Shown in pieces: positions 13,791 through 27,400 of a stretch of 64,000 bases of DNA; within the stretch, counting starts at the first letter, position 1; each line of letters begins with the position of its first letter. The notes beneath the pieces are model-generated. The model saw only the letters and a program-made list of their open reading frames with translations, was not told the origin of the DNA and made no database searches. The stretch lies in assembly GCA_951406725.2 (NCBI GenBank), contig OX597824.1, positions 83,514,001 to 83,578,000 of the forward strand. Direction: 5' to 3'. The position numbers were made by a program, and so were the translations under genes. The stretch is from Octopus vulgaris (Eukaryota).

Positions 13791-14347
13791 GACTTACATG
13801 TAAAAAGTCGTTTTAGGTGTAAAATATACTGTCAAGTGACACTAATGCACATACAAAAGGTTACAAACTTAATTAAGTATTCATTCTCCACAAACACTTG
13901 AGAGAAGATATTCAAAGCATTGATTGCTTGGATATGTTCAGTCAACCATGACAGCCTTAACTTATGATGCCAAACATTGTCACTTGATACTAACATAGCA
14001 GGGGGGGGGGGGGGGCATACAAAAATTTCTAAGACCAGTCATGTGACTATCCTCTACTAAATCAAATCCTATTCAAAACATATACTAATTTGAGCCATGA
14101 ACTCCCTATAAAAACAGGGCAAGCTTCAAGCACTAGACAGCTGCAACATAAGCCATGTCTTTCTATTTGAACTTTTTGAAAATCAGTATAAACTGTGAAA
14201 CCAAAGCTTTAAATATATTAATAAAAATATCTAACTATTCTCAGTGCATTTTCAGCTTCTATTTTTCCAATATTTCAGCCTGTGTAGAATAAAATAACTT
14301 TGTTTTTCTCTCCCCCACCTCTCTCTCTATATATATATATATGTAAA

Positions 14348-14570
14348 AAGGCGGCGAGCTGGCAGAATCGTTTGCACACCGGCCGGAATGCTTAGCAGTA
14401 TTTCGTCCGCCGTTACGTTCTGAGTTCAAATTCCGCCGAGGTCGACTTTGCCTTTCATCCTTTCGGGGTCGATAAATAAAGTACCAGTTATGCACTAGGG
14501 TCGATGTAATCGACATAATCACTTTGTTTGTCCTCTCTGTGTTTATCCCCTTGTGGGCAATAAAGAAATA
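14348..14570 (+). mobile_element. SINE family C (central GCCTTTCATCCTTTCGGGGTCGATAAA domain, CCTTGTGGG..TAAAGAAATA tail)
   Basis: Copies at ~293-510, 9330-9730(-), 16765-16960, 42120-42525(-), 45605-45722(-), 48361-48958, 50215-50420(-), 51715-51946(-), 63690-63850. Confidence 0.85.
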
Positions 14571-14585
14571 TATATATATATATAT

Positions 14586-14634
<49 letters not shown>

Positions 14635-17600
14635 GAGCACTCTGTTGGTTACGATGACAAGGGTCCCAGCTGATACGATCAATGGAACAGCTTGCTGGTG
14701 AAATTAACGTGCAAACACATGTGTACCCTTAATGTAGTTCTCAGGGAGATTCAGCGTGACACAGAGTGTGACAAGGCTGGCCCTTTGAATTATAGGTACT
14801 ACTCGTTTTTGCCAGCCGAGTGGACTGGAGCAATGTGAAATAAAGTGTCCTGCTCAAGGACATGTGTTGCCAGGAATTGAACTCATGACTTTATGATTCT
14901 GAGCTGAATGCCCTAACCACTAAGCTATGCACCTTCACATATATATAAAAACTGGCAAATCTAAATATCTTTAAATCCACACACAAATATATGCCTATAC
15001 ATAAAGCAAGGCATAGACACTTACGCACAAACTTACACACACACATGCTCTCAAATACACATATACACTTACATGCTTGTATGACCATTTATACACATCC
15101 ATCCATCCACACACACACACACACACACACACATCTTTGTATGTCATCATGCACACACACATATATACATACAAATAATTTATAACAGACATTGGTTACC
15201 GTGCTCAATGTCGAAGCTGTAACTATGAAACAATTGAGTCTCATGCAACATAGAAAAATAAGAAAAAAAGATACATTTTAAAAACAAAATGGATAAAAGA
15301 AACAGATATAGACATACACACACACACACACACATGCATAAAAATAAAGAGCAAATTTATAACAACATAGGATGGACAACATACATACATGCATACATCA
15401 ACATCATTATTTCTTTCGTCATCATAATCATCATTTAATGCCTACTTCTGCATGTTTGCATGACTCAGACAGAATTACTCTTTACTCTTTTACTCTTTTA
15501 CTTGTTTCAGTCATTTGACTGTGGCCATGCTGGAGCACCGCCTTTAGTCGAGCAACTCGCCCCCGGGACTTATTCTTTTTGTAAGCCCAGTACTTATTCT
15601 ATCGGTCTCTTTTTGCCGAACCGCTAAGTAACGGGGACATAAACACACCAGCATCGGTTGTCAAGCAATGCGAGGGGGACAAACACAGACGCACAAACAC
15701 ACACACGCGTATATATATATATATACATATATATGACGAGCTTCTTTCAGTTTCCGTCTACCAAATCCACTCACAAGGCTTTGGTCGGCCCGAGACTATA
15801 GTAGATGACACTTGACCAAGGTGCCACACAGTGGGACTGAACCCGGAACCATGTGGTTGGTAAACAAGCTACTTACCACACAGCCACAGATTTTGTATGG
15901 GCTCCTGCAGATGCTCTTTCTGTTCCTAAACCCTCATCTGTTTCCAAGTAGGGTAATATTTTCCCACTAGCTGGCCCCGTGTTATCAGAAATGTAGTATT
16001 TTATATATTAACCCTTTTGTTACTGTATTTATTTTGAGATGCTCTGTGTTTCTTTCAATTACTTTCACCCTTTAGCATTTAAACTGGCCATATCCGGCTC
16101 AAATGTACTAGCTGTTTTATGTTCAATCTGGCTGGAACTGGCCTTTCACACCTACCCTTCAATGTTATTCCAAAAATACATAATCACATCATTGAAATCT
16201 TGAAACTATGAGACAATGGCAGATTAATTCAAAATGATGTAGATAAATAAGCATTATATTTGACAAAGTAATCTGAAATATAACAAAGAATTTAGTAAAA
16301 TAACTTAGTTATCATTAAGCTAGTGTTAGGAACAGAAATTGTGACTAAAGTTTGGTGGAAGATTTTTAATTCAAAACTTATGAAAATAAGACATTTGTAC
16401 TCAGAGCCAGAGCCAGTTTCAGCCGGGTTGGTAACGAAAGGGTTAATGGGGTACAAAACAAGGAACATAATAATCACACATACACACATATACTCATACA
16501 GAGTTGAAATGCTGTTTGATCTTTCTTTTCAGCATTGAATGTTCACCATCCCACTTCCATTGCACACACACACAAACATTCACATACCTACCTTTTACAT
16601 ACACATACATATACTCACACAGAGTTGAAACGCTGTTTGATTTTTTTGTTTTCAGTGTACAATTTCCATCATCCCACTACCAGGTTTGCCATCACCCCTT
16701 CCTTTCTCATTCATATGTTGTGACGGAGAAAAACACAAGAGTATTATTATAGTAGAAGATAGGAAGGCAGAGAGCTGGCAGAATCTTTAGCATGTCAATT
16801 TCATCCACCTTTGCATTCTGACTTCAAATGCTGCCGAGGACAACTTTGCCCTTTATCCTTTCAAGGTCCAAAAGATAAGTACCAATAGAACATTGAGGTT
16901 GAAGTAATCAATTTACCCAACTCCCTGAAATTGCTGGCCTTGTGCCAAAATTTGAAACCAATATTTTCCCATAACTCTGAAATTTGAAACCAATATTTTC
17001 TGCATAACTCTGAAAAATCACTACAGCCATGCGGGGGCACCACCTTGAGGAACTTCAGCCAAATAAATTGAGATATTGATATAGATATATATATATACTC
17101 TCTTTTACTCTTTTACTTGTTTCAGTCATTTAACTGCGGCCATGCTGGAGCACCGCCTTTAATCGAGCAACTCGACACCGGGACTTATACTTTTGTAAGC
17201 CCAGTACTTATTCTATCGGTCTCTTTTGCCGAACTGCTAAGTAACGGGGACGTAAACACACCAGCATCGGTTGTCAAGCAATGCTAGGGGGACAAACACA
17301 GACACACAAACATATACACACACATATATATGACAGGCTTCTTTCAGTTTCCGTCTACCAAATCCACTCACAAGGCATTGGTCGGCCCGGGGCTATAGCA
17401 GAAGACACTTGCCCAAGATGCCACGCAGTGGGACTGAACCTGGAACCATGTGGTCGGTTAGCAAGCTACTTACCACACAGCCACTCCTGCTGTGTTAATA
17501 TATAGTTAATTAATAAAACATATATCAGAAAAGAAGCACACTCAAAAGAATAGAACAGTAATTATTACAACAAAAATTTGAATTTTGGACACAAAGTTAC

Positions 17601-19139
17601 CTAAGGTTTTGTAGGAGTGGCTGTGTGGTAAGTAGCTTGCTTACGAACCACATGGTTCCGGGTTCAGTCCACTGCGTGGCACCTTGGGCAAGTGTCATCT
17701 GCTATAGTCTTGGGCCAACCAAAGCTTTATGAGTGTATTTGGTAGATGGAAACTGAAAGAAGCCCATCGTATATATATGTGTGTGTGTGTATGTGTGTTT
17801 GTCTTCCTAGCATCGCTTGACAACTGATGTTGGTGGTTCGGCAAAAGAGGACGATGGAATAAGTATTAGGCTTACAAAGAATAAGTCCCGGGATTGATTT
17901 GTTCAAATAAAGGCAGTGCTCCAGCATGACAACAGTCAAAAAGACTAAAACAAATAAGAGTAAAAAAGTAATACATATACATACATATGTCGGTCATGGG
18001 GCAGTTGCCTCCCTTGTCAGCATGTGTGCGTATACATTTTGCGCTCTTCCAACAGCATTTAGAGTATTTTAACTCTTATTTCAAGCAATGCAGGTGCTTC
18101 GGTATCTTTAGTCACACTTAGTGATGATTGAATATTTCCTTTATAGTATAACATTACACCTGGCTGTTTATATTAATTTATATATATATATATATATATA
18201 TATACTAACAGTATCGCCAGGCGTTTCCCGGGCTTGTTTCAACCCTTTAGAATTGGAATTTTTGAAAAGTAAAAATTTTGCATTATGTAACTTGTTATTG
18301 TCTTTAAGTGAACATTTTTCTGGTTGAAATACACCGAAAAATGGCAACACAGCAGTCGAAAAATCGTAAAAAAAAATAGGGATTTTCATAGAAAAAAAAC
18401 ACCTTTTTGATGTAAATAATTTTTGGTATTAACATGGTCCAATTTCAATTTTTTCTTCTACGGAAGAAAGAGCAATCCTTCTTCTATCATGCACTCAATT
18501 TTTGGTCAACTGACACTGCAGGGTCTCGGAGGAGATAGTGTTAGTGGAAAGCTACCAAACATACCATACACAGACAACTTCAGCTTTATATATAGAAAGA
18601 TATACACAGACACACATAAATATATATATATATACATATATATTTCTCCCCCATCCTCTCCTCCCCCTCCCCTTCTCTCCCCCTCTTCTCCCCCTCCCCC
18701 TCTTCTCCTCACTACACCACATGACTTTACACATCACATCACATATGATGTGCCATACTAATACACACACCAACTAATACATACTAATACGTACTAATAC
18801 ATACTAGTACATACTAATACTTACACTAACCCTATACATACACACGTCCAGACCCCGCATACGCACTTATACTCTCTCACACACACACACACACACCTAT
18901 ACATACCAATACGTACTAATACATACTAATACATACACCAACCCCATACATACGCACGTCCAGACCAATCTTACACACTAATACTCTCTCATACACACAC
19001 ACACACACCCTTATACATACTAATACATACACCAACCCTATACATACACACATCCAGACCCCTCCCACACACTTTTAGCTGGTCCCTCAACCCTTTTATC
19101 AACCCTATTATCTCCCCTTATTTCGCTCTCGCGTCTCAT

Positions 19140-19380
19140 GTTTGATCTTTGACCTCTGGCCGAAATCAGATCGCCATGTTGATTCGTTAGCTACTGCACG
19201 CATTTTTTTTCTCTCCTTCTTTCTGTGTTTTTCTCTCTCTGTGTATCTTTCTGTTGAAGAGCGTAGGCTCGAAACGTTAAAGACTTGTTTTATTTATATT
19301 TCCTGAGCGCCATACTAATACAATTGTTCGTTTGTTTTCCACCTGCCTTCGTCTTTTGTTTATTTTCATAAAGCTTCCCG
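19140..19380 (+). mobile_element. Penelope-like terminal repeat with hammerhead-like motif at 19246-19283
   Basis: tcttt-CTGTTGA-A-gagc gtag gctc-GAAACGTT-aaaga; abuts (TA)n. Confidence 0.6.
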
Positions 19381-19425
<45 letters not shown>

Positions 19426-21549
19426 CAGCTTTTTTCCAGTTTCTGTCTACCAAATCCACTCACAAGGCTTTTAAGTCAGCCTTAGGCTGTAGTAGAAGAC
19501 ACTTGGCCAAGGTGTCATATAGTGGGACTGAACTTGGAACCATGTGGTTGTGAAACAAACTTCTTACCACACAGCCACTCATATATGTATGTATGTATGA
19601 TGTATGTGTGTATTTATGTATGTATGCATGCATGCATGTATGCCTATATACCTATTTCCTGAGACCTGCTTTACTTGCCTTTAAATCAATAAACCCCTTA
19701 CTTGCTCTCCAAGACATACAGTTCTGCTGTAGACAGCAACATAGTGACAACAGATGCTTGCTGAGAACTTGTGTAAAGTTGTCACCCTAACGACAATAGC
19801 TTCTCTGCAAGCTATATTTAGGTATCATGAAACCTTCAGATATAGGTTTGTAATCATGGTTACCAAATATACATACATTATGCTCTATGCTTTCATTAAT
19901 ACAACCGTGTTTTGCTCACTTTTATTTATTTATATGGCAAAAAAAATAATCAACTATAAATAAATTGAATCTATTATACACACACACACACATATATATA
20001 AATATACGTACATGTGTGTATACATACACAGATGACCGAATGAAATTACAAAGACACACATATTTGTAGATATATGTGTGTTGTGTGTGTGTGTAAATGT
20101 ATGTATATATGTGTGCACGTATACATATACATATACATATAAACACATATATATATATATATATAAATCAAATTCGATGACTGGCGTCCGTGCTAGCGGG
20201 GTGCAAAGAGCACCATACGAGTGTGATCATTGACAGAGCGGCTAACCGGCTTCCGTGCCAGTGGCATTTAAAAGGCACCATTCGAGCATGATCGTTACCA
20301 GCGTCGCCTTAAAGAGCACCATCCGAGCATGATTGATGCCAGAGCGGCTATCTGGCCTCCGTGCCGGTGGCATGTGTAAAAGATTCGAGCAAGGTCATTG
20401 CCAGTACCACCTGACTAGCCCTGTGCCAGTGGCACGTAAAAGCACCCACTACACTCTCGGAGTGGTTGGCATTAGGAAGCGCATCCAGCTGTAGAAACCC
20501 TGCCAGATCAAGATTGAAGCCTGGTGCAGCTACTTGGTTTGCCAGCCCTCAGTCATTCGTCCAGCCCATGCTAGCATGAAAAGCAGACGTTAAACGTTGA
20601 TGATGATGATATATATATACATACATGTATATACACACACACATACATACTAGCTGAGTAGTCCATCATTGTCAGACAATCTTCACACTAGAATGCATTT
20701 ATTTCAATTACTTTTTATTCCATATCAAAGCCTGAGCCAAAACTTGAAACCATTATTATTATTGTTGTTGCAACACACTGGAAAGTCTGCCTTTTGGACA
20801 TTATTATTATTATTTTTATTAATAAGGTGGCTAATAAGAATGAGGTTAACTCTGATTACAGCACCTCAGAAAATAAAATGAAATCATTTTCAAAAACATG
20901 GAAATGAAATTAAAAAATAATGGATTCAAATTTTATGCTATGCAAATTTCATTCAATTTTCTTTTCGTCAGACTTTTTGAAATCTGTGTAATGTACCTCT
21001 GTCCCCACTGCCCTTGTGGCAAATAAAAGTTCTTCTTGTCATCATCATCATCATTATTATTATTATTATTACGCACTGGGATTGATGTAATCGAATTAAT
21101 CCCTTTGTCTGTCTTTGTTTGTCCCCTCTATGTTTAACCCCTTGTGGGGAATAAAGAAATAAAATTATTATTATTATTATTATTAATGTTGTTTAAACTA
21201 CACTGAGGTTGACTTTGCTTTTCAACCTCTCTCAATTCATAAAGTATAAATCAGACACTAGAGATGATTTAACCCTTTAGTATTTAAACCGGCCATATCC
21301 AGCTAAAATAGTTAATTTGTTTTTTGTTCAAACTGACCAGATCCAGGCTCTCACACCTACCCTACAATGTTATTCTACATTAAGTAATTACACCATCAAG
21401 ATCTTGAAGATATGAGACAATGCATGATTAATTCAAATCAATGGGAATCAAATGGACATTATGTTTGATTGAATAATCTGAACACTAAAGGGTTAATCAA
21501 CTGACCTTACTTCAAATGTCTGGCTTTGAGCCTAAATGTTTTGTTATTA

Positions 21550-21965
21550 TTGACCAATCCCTGATGAACTTCTTCAAGTTTCACTTGAAAAGGAAAATAA
21601 GAGCAGAGAGGGAAGTGTTGTCTTATAGTCAGTTAGCTGAAAGGTGGATGAAAGTGGTCAGAATGGTGTGAGTGAACGGGCCTGCCCTCAGCATACGCCT
21701 GTAGTTGGAAAAAGGAAAGAAAATGAAAAAAGGCACTTGCCCCAAAAGTCAGGGGACCAATGGTTTTTATGGGGTTTTTCCACAAGCAGCCCTTGATAGT
21801 CTCCTCCCTATTGAGGGTTACACATTGTTGATCACCCTTTTTTTAAAAATTTTATTAGTCTTGCTTACATGCTAAACCCTCACAACTACACACACACATT
21901 TTTTATTTTGTCCTGTGCTGTCCATGTTTTTCTTCATGTAAACCCTTGTGGTTAATAAAGAAATA
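21550..21965 (+). mobile_element. L1/Tx1-like LINE 3' fragment, diverged relative of 10525-11076
   Basis: Translates to DQSLMNFFKFHLKRKIRAEREVLSYSQLAERWMKV; tail CCCTTGTGGTTAATAAAGAAATA. Confidence 0.65.
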
Positions 21966-22010
21966 ATTGTTATTGTTATTATTATTATTATTATTATTAT
22001 AATTATTATA

Positions 22011-22437
22011 GGCGCAGGAGTGGCTGTGTGGTAAGTAGCTTGCTTACCAACCACATGGTTCCGGGTTCAGTCCCACTGCGTGGCATCTTGGGCAAGTGTC
22101 TTCTGCTATAGCCTCGGGCCGACCAATGCCTTGTGAGTGGATTTGGTAGACGGAAACTGAAAGAAGCCTGTCGTATATATGTATATATATATATGTATAT
22201 ATGTATGTGTGTGTATATGTTTGTGTGTCTGTGTTTGTCCCCCTAGCATTGCTTGACAACCGATGCTGGTGTGTTTACGTCCCCGTCACTTAGCGGTTCG
22301 GCAAAAGAGACCGATAGAATAAGTACTAGGCTTATAAAGAATAAGTCCCGGGGTCGATTTGCTCGACTAAAGGCGGTGCTCCAGCATGGCCACAGTCAAA
22401 TGACTGAAACAAGTAAAAGAGTAAAAGAGTAAAGAGT
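22011..22437 (+). mobile_element. SINE family B (tRNA-like head, CORE-like segment, internal TA/TG microsatellite, AAAAGAGT-repeat tail)
   Basis: At least 12 copies: + at ~5678-6478, 17613-17968, 25364-25794, 30041-30464, 53027-53255, 55938-56349; - at ~15476-15888, 17097-17490, 50630-51113, 52200-52463, 54202-54627. CTTGGGCAAGT resembles the CORE-SINE domain. Confidence 0.85.
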
Positions 22438-23758
22438 ATTATAGCTCCAGCTGTTATTGATACAGTTTTTCAACTTCCATATATCCACCTTATTTCGATT
22501 TCAACATACTCATACCATGACAGTTTTTTGACTTCTTTCCAGGTAATATTTTGTTTAGAAGATATTCAAAATGTCTATCAGAATACAGGCATTCATAATT
22601 ATATTTAGATGACTTGCCTTGACCGTCTCATCAGTCCAGACCAGTGGTTCTGAGCCAGGCGGTGCTCCAGCATGGCCACAGTCAAATGACTGAAACAAGT
22701 GAAAGAGTAAAAGAATGGTCCAAGTTCAAATATCACTGATATCAAATTGACTTTGATCTTTCTGAGGGTTGAACATATAAATAAATACCAGATACAATGG
22801 CAGTGCCCCAGCATGGCCACAGCTCAAGAGCTGAAACTGGAAAACATAAACACACAAGGACTTATACATGATCAACTACATACCTATCTCCACCAAAAAT
22901 GTTGGCCTTGGACTGAAATCATCATCATCATCACCATCATCATTATTACATGATGGTGGTCTGAAGAATTTAAATTGTGTTTAGTCATAACTAATCTCAG
23001 ATACACAGGTAATCAATTGATTATTTTTTGCCCCTCATTATCTATATATTTTAATTGGATTACGAGTAATTTTGAACCATTGTATACATACACACTTCTG
23101 TGTATTCTAGTGACAAAGGCGTTGTTAGCTTCTAGAGAAGCCTTGATGAAGTCAATGTGTTCTGGTTGCTCATTTCCTCGATTGGGATAATCTTACAATC
23201 AGATTTACTTAGATTTTCATGGTATTATAATCCATGACAGATTAATAATTACAGAATCAGTGATTCTCACCAACTTATCTGACTCTAGTTATCTATCTAT
23301 CTGTGTATCTATTTCTGTCATCTTATCTATCTATTTGGCTTTACCTATCTTTTTATCTACCTAGCTACCTCCAACATTTTCTATCTATCTGTTTATCTAC
23401 TTCTACCTATCTACATCTATTTATCTATCTATCTATCTATTTCTATCTGTCTGTCTATCTATCTATCTATCTATCTATTTACTTCTACCATTATCTAATT
23501 ATCTATCTATTCATCTGTCTGTCTATTTCTCTCTCTCTCTCTCTATCTATCCTATCTATTTACTTCTATCATTATCTAATTATCTATCTATCTATTTATT
23601 CGTCTGTCTATCTATTTCTCTCTATCTATCTATCTTTTTTTTTATGATCCCTTATGATCGTAAACCTGGCCCCACCTTTTTTTTCTCCCCAAAAAGAAAA
23701 GCTCTACTTTGTAATTTGTTCCCTCTGTGTTCAGCCATGTGTGGTTAATAAAGAAACA

Positions 23759-23803
<45 letters not shown>

Positions 23804-24053
23804 CTGTTTATCAACTTCTATCACTATCTATCTATTTATCTTTCTCTATGTATCTACTTATTTATATCACTGAAAAATAAGTAAAATAGCTTGTGAAACT
23901 GAAGGCAACTGTTAAGCATATTACATCACAGGTCCAATGTACAGAGTTTCTAATTTTCTATTGTCTGTTTTACATCAAGGAGTTCCTTATTTAGAACATC
24001 TTTTATTAATTTTGACAACGGATGTTTTACATTATATAATCATATTAAATATT

Positions 24054-24434
24054 GGAGGCGCAATGGCCCAGTGGTTAGGGCAGCGGACTCGCGGTCATAG
24101 GATCGCGGTTTCGATTCCCAGACCGGGCGTTGTGAGTGTTTATTGAGCGAAAACACCTAAAGCTCCACGAGGCTCCGGCAGGGGATGGTGGTGATTCCTG
24201 CTGTACTCTTTCACCACAACTTTCTCTCACTCTTACTTCCTGTTTCTGTTGTACCTGTATTTCAAAGGGCCGGCCTTGTCACTCTCTGTGTCACGCTGAA
24301 TATCCCCGAGAACTACGTTAAGGGTACACGTGTCTGTGGAGTGCTCAGCCACTTACACGTTAATTTCACGAGCAGGCTGTTCCGTTGATTCGGATCAACC
24401 GGAACCCTCGTTGTCGTAACCGACGGAGTGCTTC
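24054..24434 (+). mobile_element. tRNA-derived SINE, family A
   Basis: Near-identical to 5199-5579; TSD atattaaatat. Confidence 0.9.
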
Positions 24435-25530
24435 CAATCTCAATCCAATATTAAATATCATAACCCATAATACTGTTAAGTACAGTAGTAATCACACCAC
24501 CATACTGGAAAAAGTAGACTGGATGATGATATTCTAAACTCACGGCTCACAATCATGAGGTAGTGAGTTCAATTCCAAGACTGGGCTATGCATTGTGTTC
24601 TTGAGCAAGGCACTTAATTTCACTTAGCAAAACACACATAAACACACACACACACACACATTTTTTTGATGGGCTTCTTTCAGTGTTTCCTTCCACGAAA
24701 TCCAGTCATAAGGCTTGTTGTTAGTATGGGACTATAGTGAAGGCGCATGGCTCAGTGGCTAGAGCGTTGAGCTTACGTTTGGGAGGTTGTGAGTTCGATT
24801 CCTGGACTGGGCTGCGTGTTGTGTTCTTGAGCAAGACACTTTATTTCACGTTGCTCTAGTTCACTCAGCTGTAGAAATGAGTTGCGACATCATTGGTGCC
24901 AAGGTGTATCGGCCTTTGCTGTTTCCCTTGGATAACATCAGTGGTGTGGATAGCAGAGGCTGGTATGCATGGGCGACTGCTGGCCTTCCATAAACAACCT
25001 TGCCTGGACTTGTTCCTCGGAGGGTATCTTTCTAGGTGCAATCCCATGGTCATTCATGACCGAAGGGGGTCCTATAGTAGAAGACACTTGCCCATGGTGC
25101 CACATAGTGGGACTGAACCTAGAACCATGTGGTTTGGAAGCAAACTTCTCAAAACACAGCCAATCTTGTGCTAATCACTGACGTGCATGAAAGGATAATG
25201 AAAAAAAAAATGACAACCACTTGATGGAACAAAAGCACAACAATAACAAATATATATGTAATAACTAGTAAATTATTTGTATCTGATTGTGTGTGTGTGT
25301 GTATGTGTGTATGAAAATGTAAACAAAACAGAAAAAAAACACAAATCTCACTCATATATATATAGGTGCAGGAGTGGCTGTGTGGTAAGTAGCTTGCTAA
25401 CCAACCATATGGTTCCGGGTTCAGTCCCACTGCGTGGCATCTTGGGCAAGTGTCTTCTACTATAGCCCCAGGCTGACCAATGCCTTGTGAGTGGATTTGG
25501 TAGACGGAAACTGAAAAGAAGCCTGTCATA

Positions 25531-25577
<47 letters not shown>

Positions 25578-26173
25578 TTGTGTGTTTGTGGTTGTCCCCC
25601 TAGCATTGCTTGACAACCGATGCTGGTGTATTTACGTCCCCGTCATTTAGCGGTTCGGCAAAAGAGACCGATAGAGTAAGTACTGGGCTTACAAAGAATA
25701 AGTCCCTAGGTCGATTTGCTCGACTAAAAGTGGTGCTCCAGCATGGCCGCAGTCAAATGACTGAAACAAGTAAAAAAGAGTAAAAAAAAGGAGTATAATC
25801 ACTCACAGCTGCATAGCTGTATGTCTTTTATGCCATTAAATAAGGTATTTGTCTGAAAAATACAAATAGGACAATGAAGAAAAGCACTCAATACATGTAT
25901 TAGTTTTCAGCTATTTGCTTGAAGCAGAGGATTCACTTTGCTGCTACTCAGAGTATCTTACCATGTATAAACCTTTCTTTGGGAAGACAAAAAGATGAAT
26001 TGATGAACTTAGTTGAGGATTCATCAAGTAAGGGCAGAATGAAAATCAAATTATCCAAACTGTTCAATTCTCATTGGTCAACTTAAGCCAGCTGATATGA
26101 TGCCCAGCTGATAGGTGAAGGCAGAAGGAAGGGTCTATAGAAATGGTCTCTCTACTTGTCACTTGCATAGAAA

Positions 26174-26535
26174 TCTCTCTCTATATAAAGCTGAAGTTGT
26201 CTGTGTATGGCAGGTTTAGTAGCCTTCAACTAACACTATCTCCTCCGAGACACTGTGGCGCAAGTTGACCAAAATTGAGAGTATGATAGAAGAAGGCTTG
26301 CTCTTCCTACCGTAGAAGAAAAATTATTTACATCAAAAAGGTGCTTTTTTTCTATGAAAATCCCTATTTTTTGCGATTTTTTGGCTGCTGTGTCGCCATT
26401 TTTTGGTATATTTCAACCAGAAAAATGTTCACTTGAAGAGAATAACAAGCTACATAATGCAAAATGCTTACTTTTCAAAAATTCCAATTCTAAAAGGTCA
26501 AAATAAACCTGAGCAATGCAGGGCAATACTGCTAG
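26174..26535 (+). mobile_element. Non-autonomous Helitron, family 2 (second copy at 18205-18600, minus)
   Basis: TC start, hairpin and ATACTGCTAG end shared with family 1, different interior. Confidence 0.75.
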
Positions 26536-26649
26536 TGGGAGATACAAGTGGTGAGTGTGGTGCAGCATGGAGAAGATTTGCAATTGGATGATGTGTATCC
26601 TTAGCCAATGAACTGTGAAGGTGGTGGTGGTGGTAGTGGTATATATGGC

Positions 26650-27400
26650 CAGCACTCAAAATTTTTAAAGAGAAATGTGTAGGTTTGCAAGTAGATATTA
26701 TTTTGGGCAAAATTTTGTTCAGTATGTTGAAACTTTGAGTCAAGATGTTACACATCTCTGTAAGATGTAGATTGCATCTCTGATCCATTTAAGGAATTGC
26801 AGTTTTGATGATAGTCCAGTTTATAAGGATGTTGTTAATTTCATATATCTTCAGGTTCCAGAGATATTCATGTAGAAATTGTGAAGTTGATTCTATCTCT
26901 GATTCTGAAAGAGTGAGTGTGCTGAATGTATCTGACTTTAAATGTATTTCCCATTAATTCTATGTAGCTCATCTTGGTTGTATCCGCAATTGTTATCTTT
27001 GTTGTTATCATAAGCATCTTTAATAGGCACTTATCATTAAGTAGACGGGATTTGGTGTTGCTGGAACTGCATCAGGGTGGACGTGTTTCTATTTTCATGA
27101 TTTTGGTTTTGACTGGATATTTAGCTTGCAGCATTATATAAGCAGCTGTAGTTAACCTTAGCATTGTTTTCATTGCGTACACATGCAAAGTTTGTAAAAT
27201 GCTGGATTATAAGCTATTCAGCATTAAAATCTTAAACTCCAAGCTATTTAAACTTTATGTCTACACAGTAGAATTACATGGAGCTTGATGTGGAACATAC
27301 AGCTAAATGGACTGTAATTGCCTACCTATTTACAGCACGTGAACTATATGTCATTGTGGTACTTATATTTAGGTCCACTGTACAACAGACTTGATAAAAA
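26650..27400 (-). mobile_element. Degenerate Penelope-like element, GIY-YIG endonuclease region
   Basis: Manual translation gives NNAKVNYSCLYN, LLNDKCL, SYIELMGNTFKVRYIQH, YLWNLK, INWTIIKTAIP, RCNLHLTE, collinear with the PLE ORF C-terminus; many stops and frameshifts. Confidence 0.7.
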
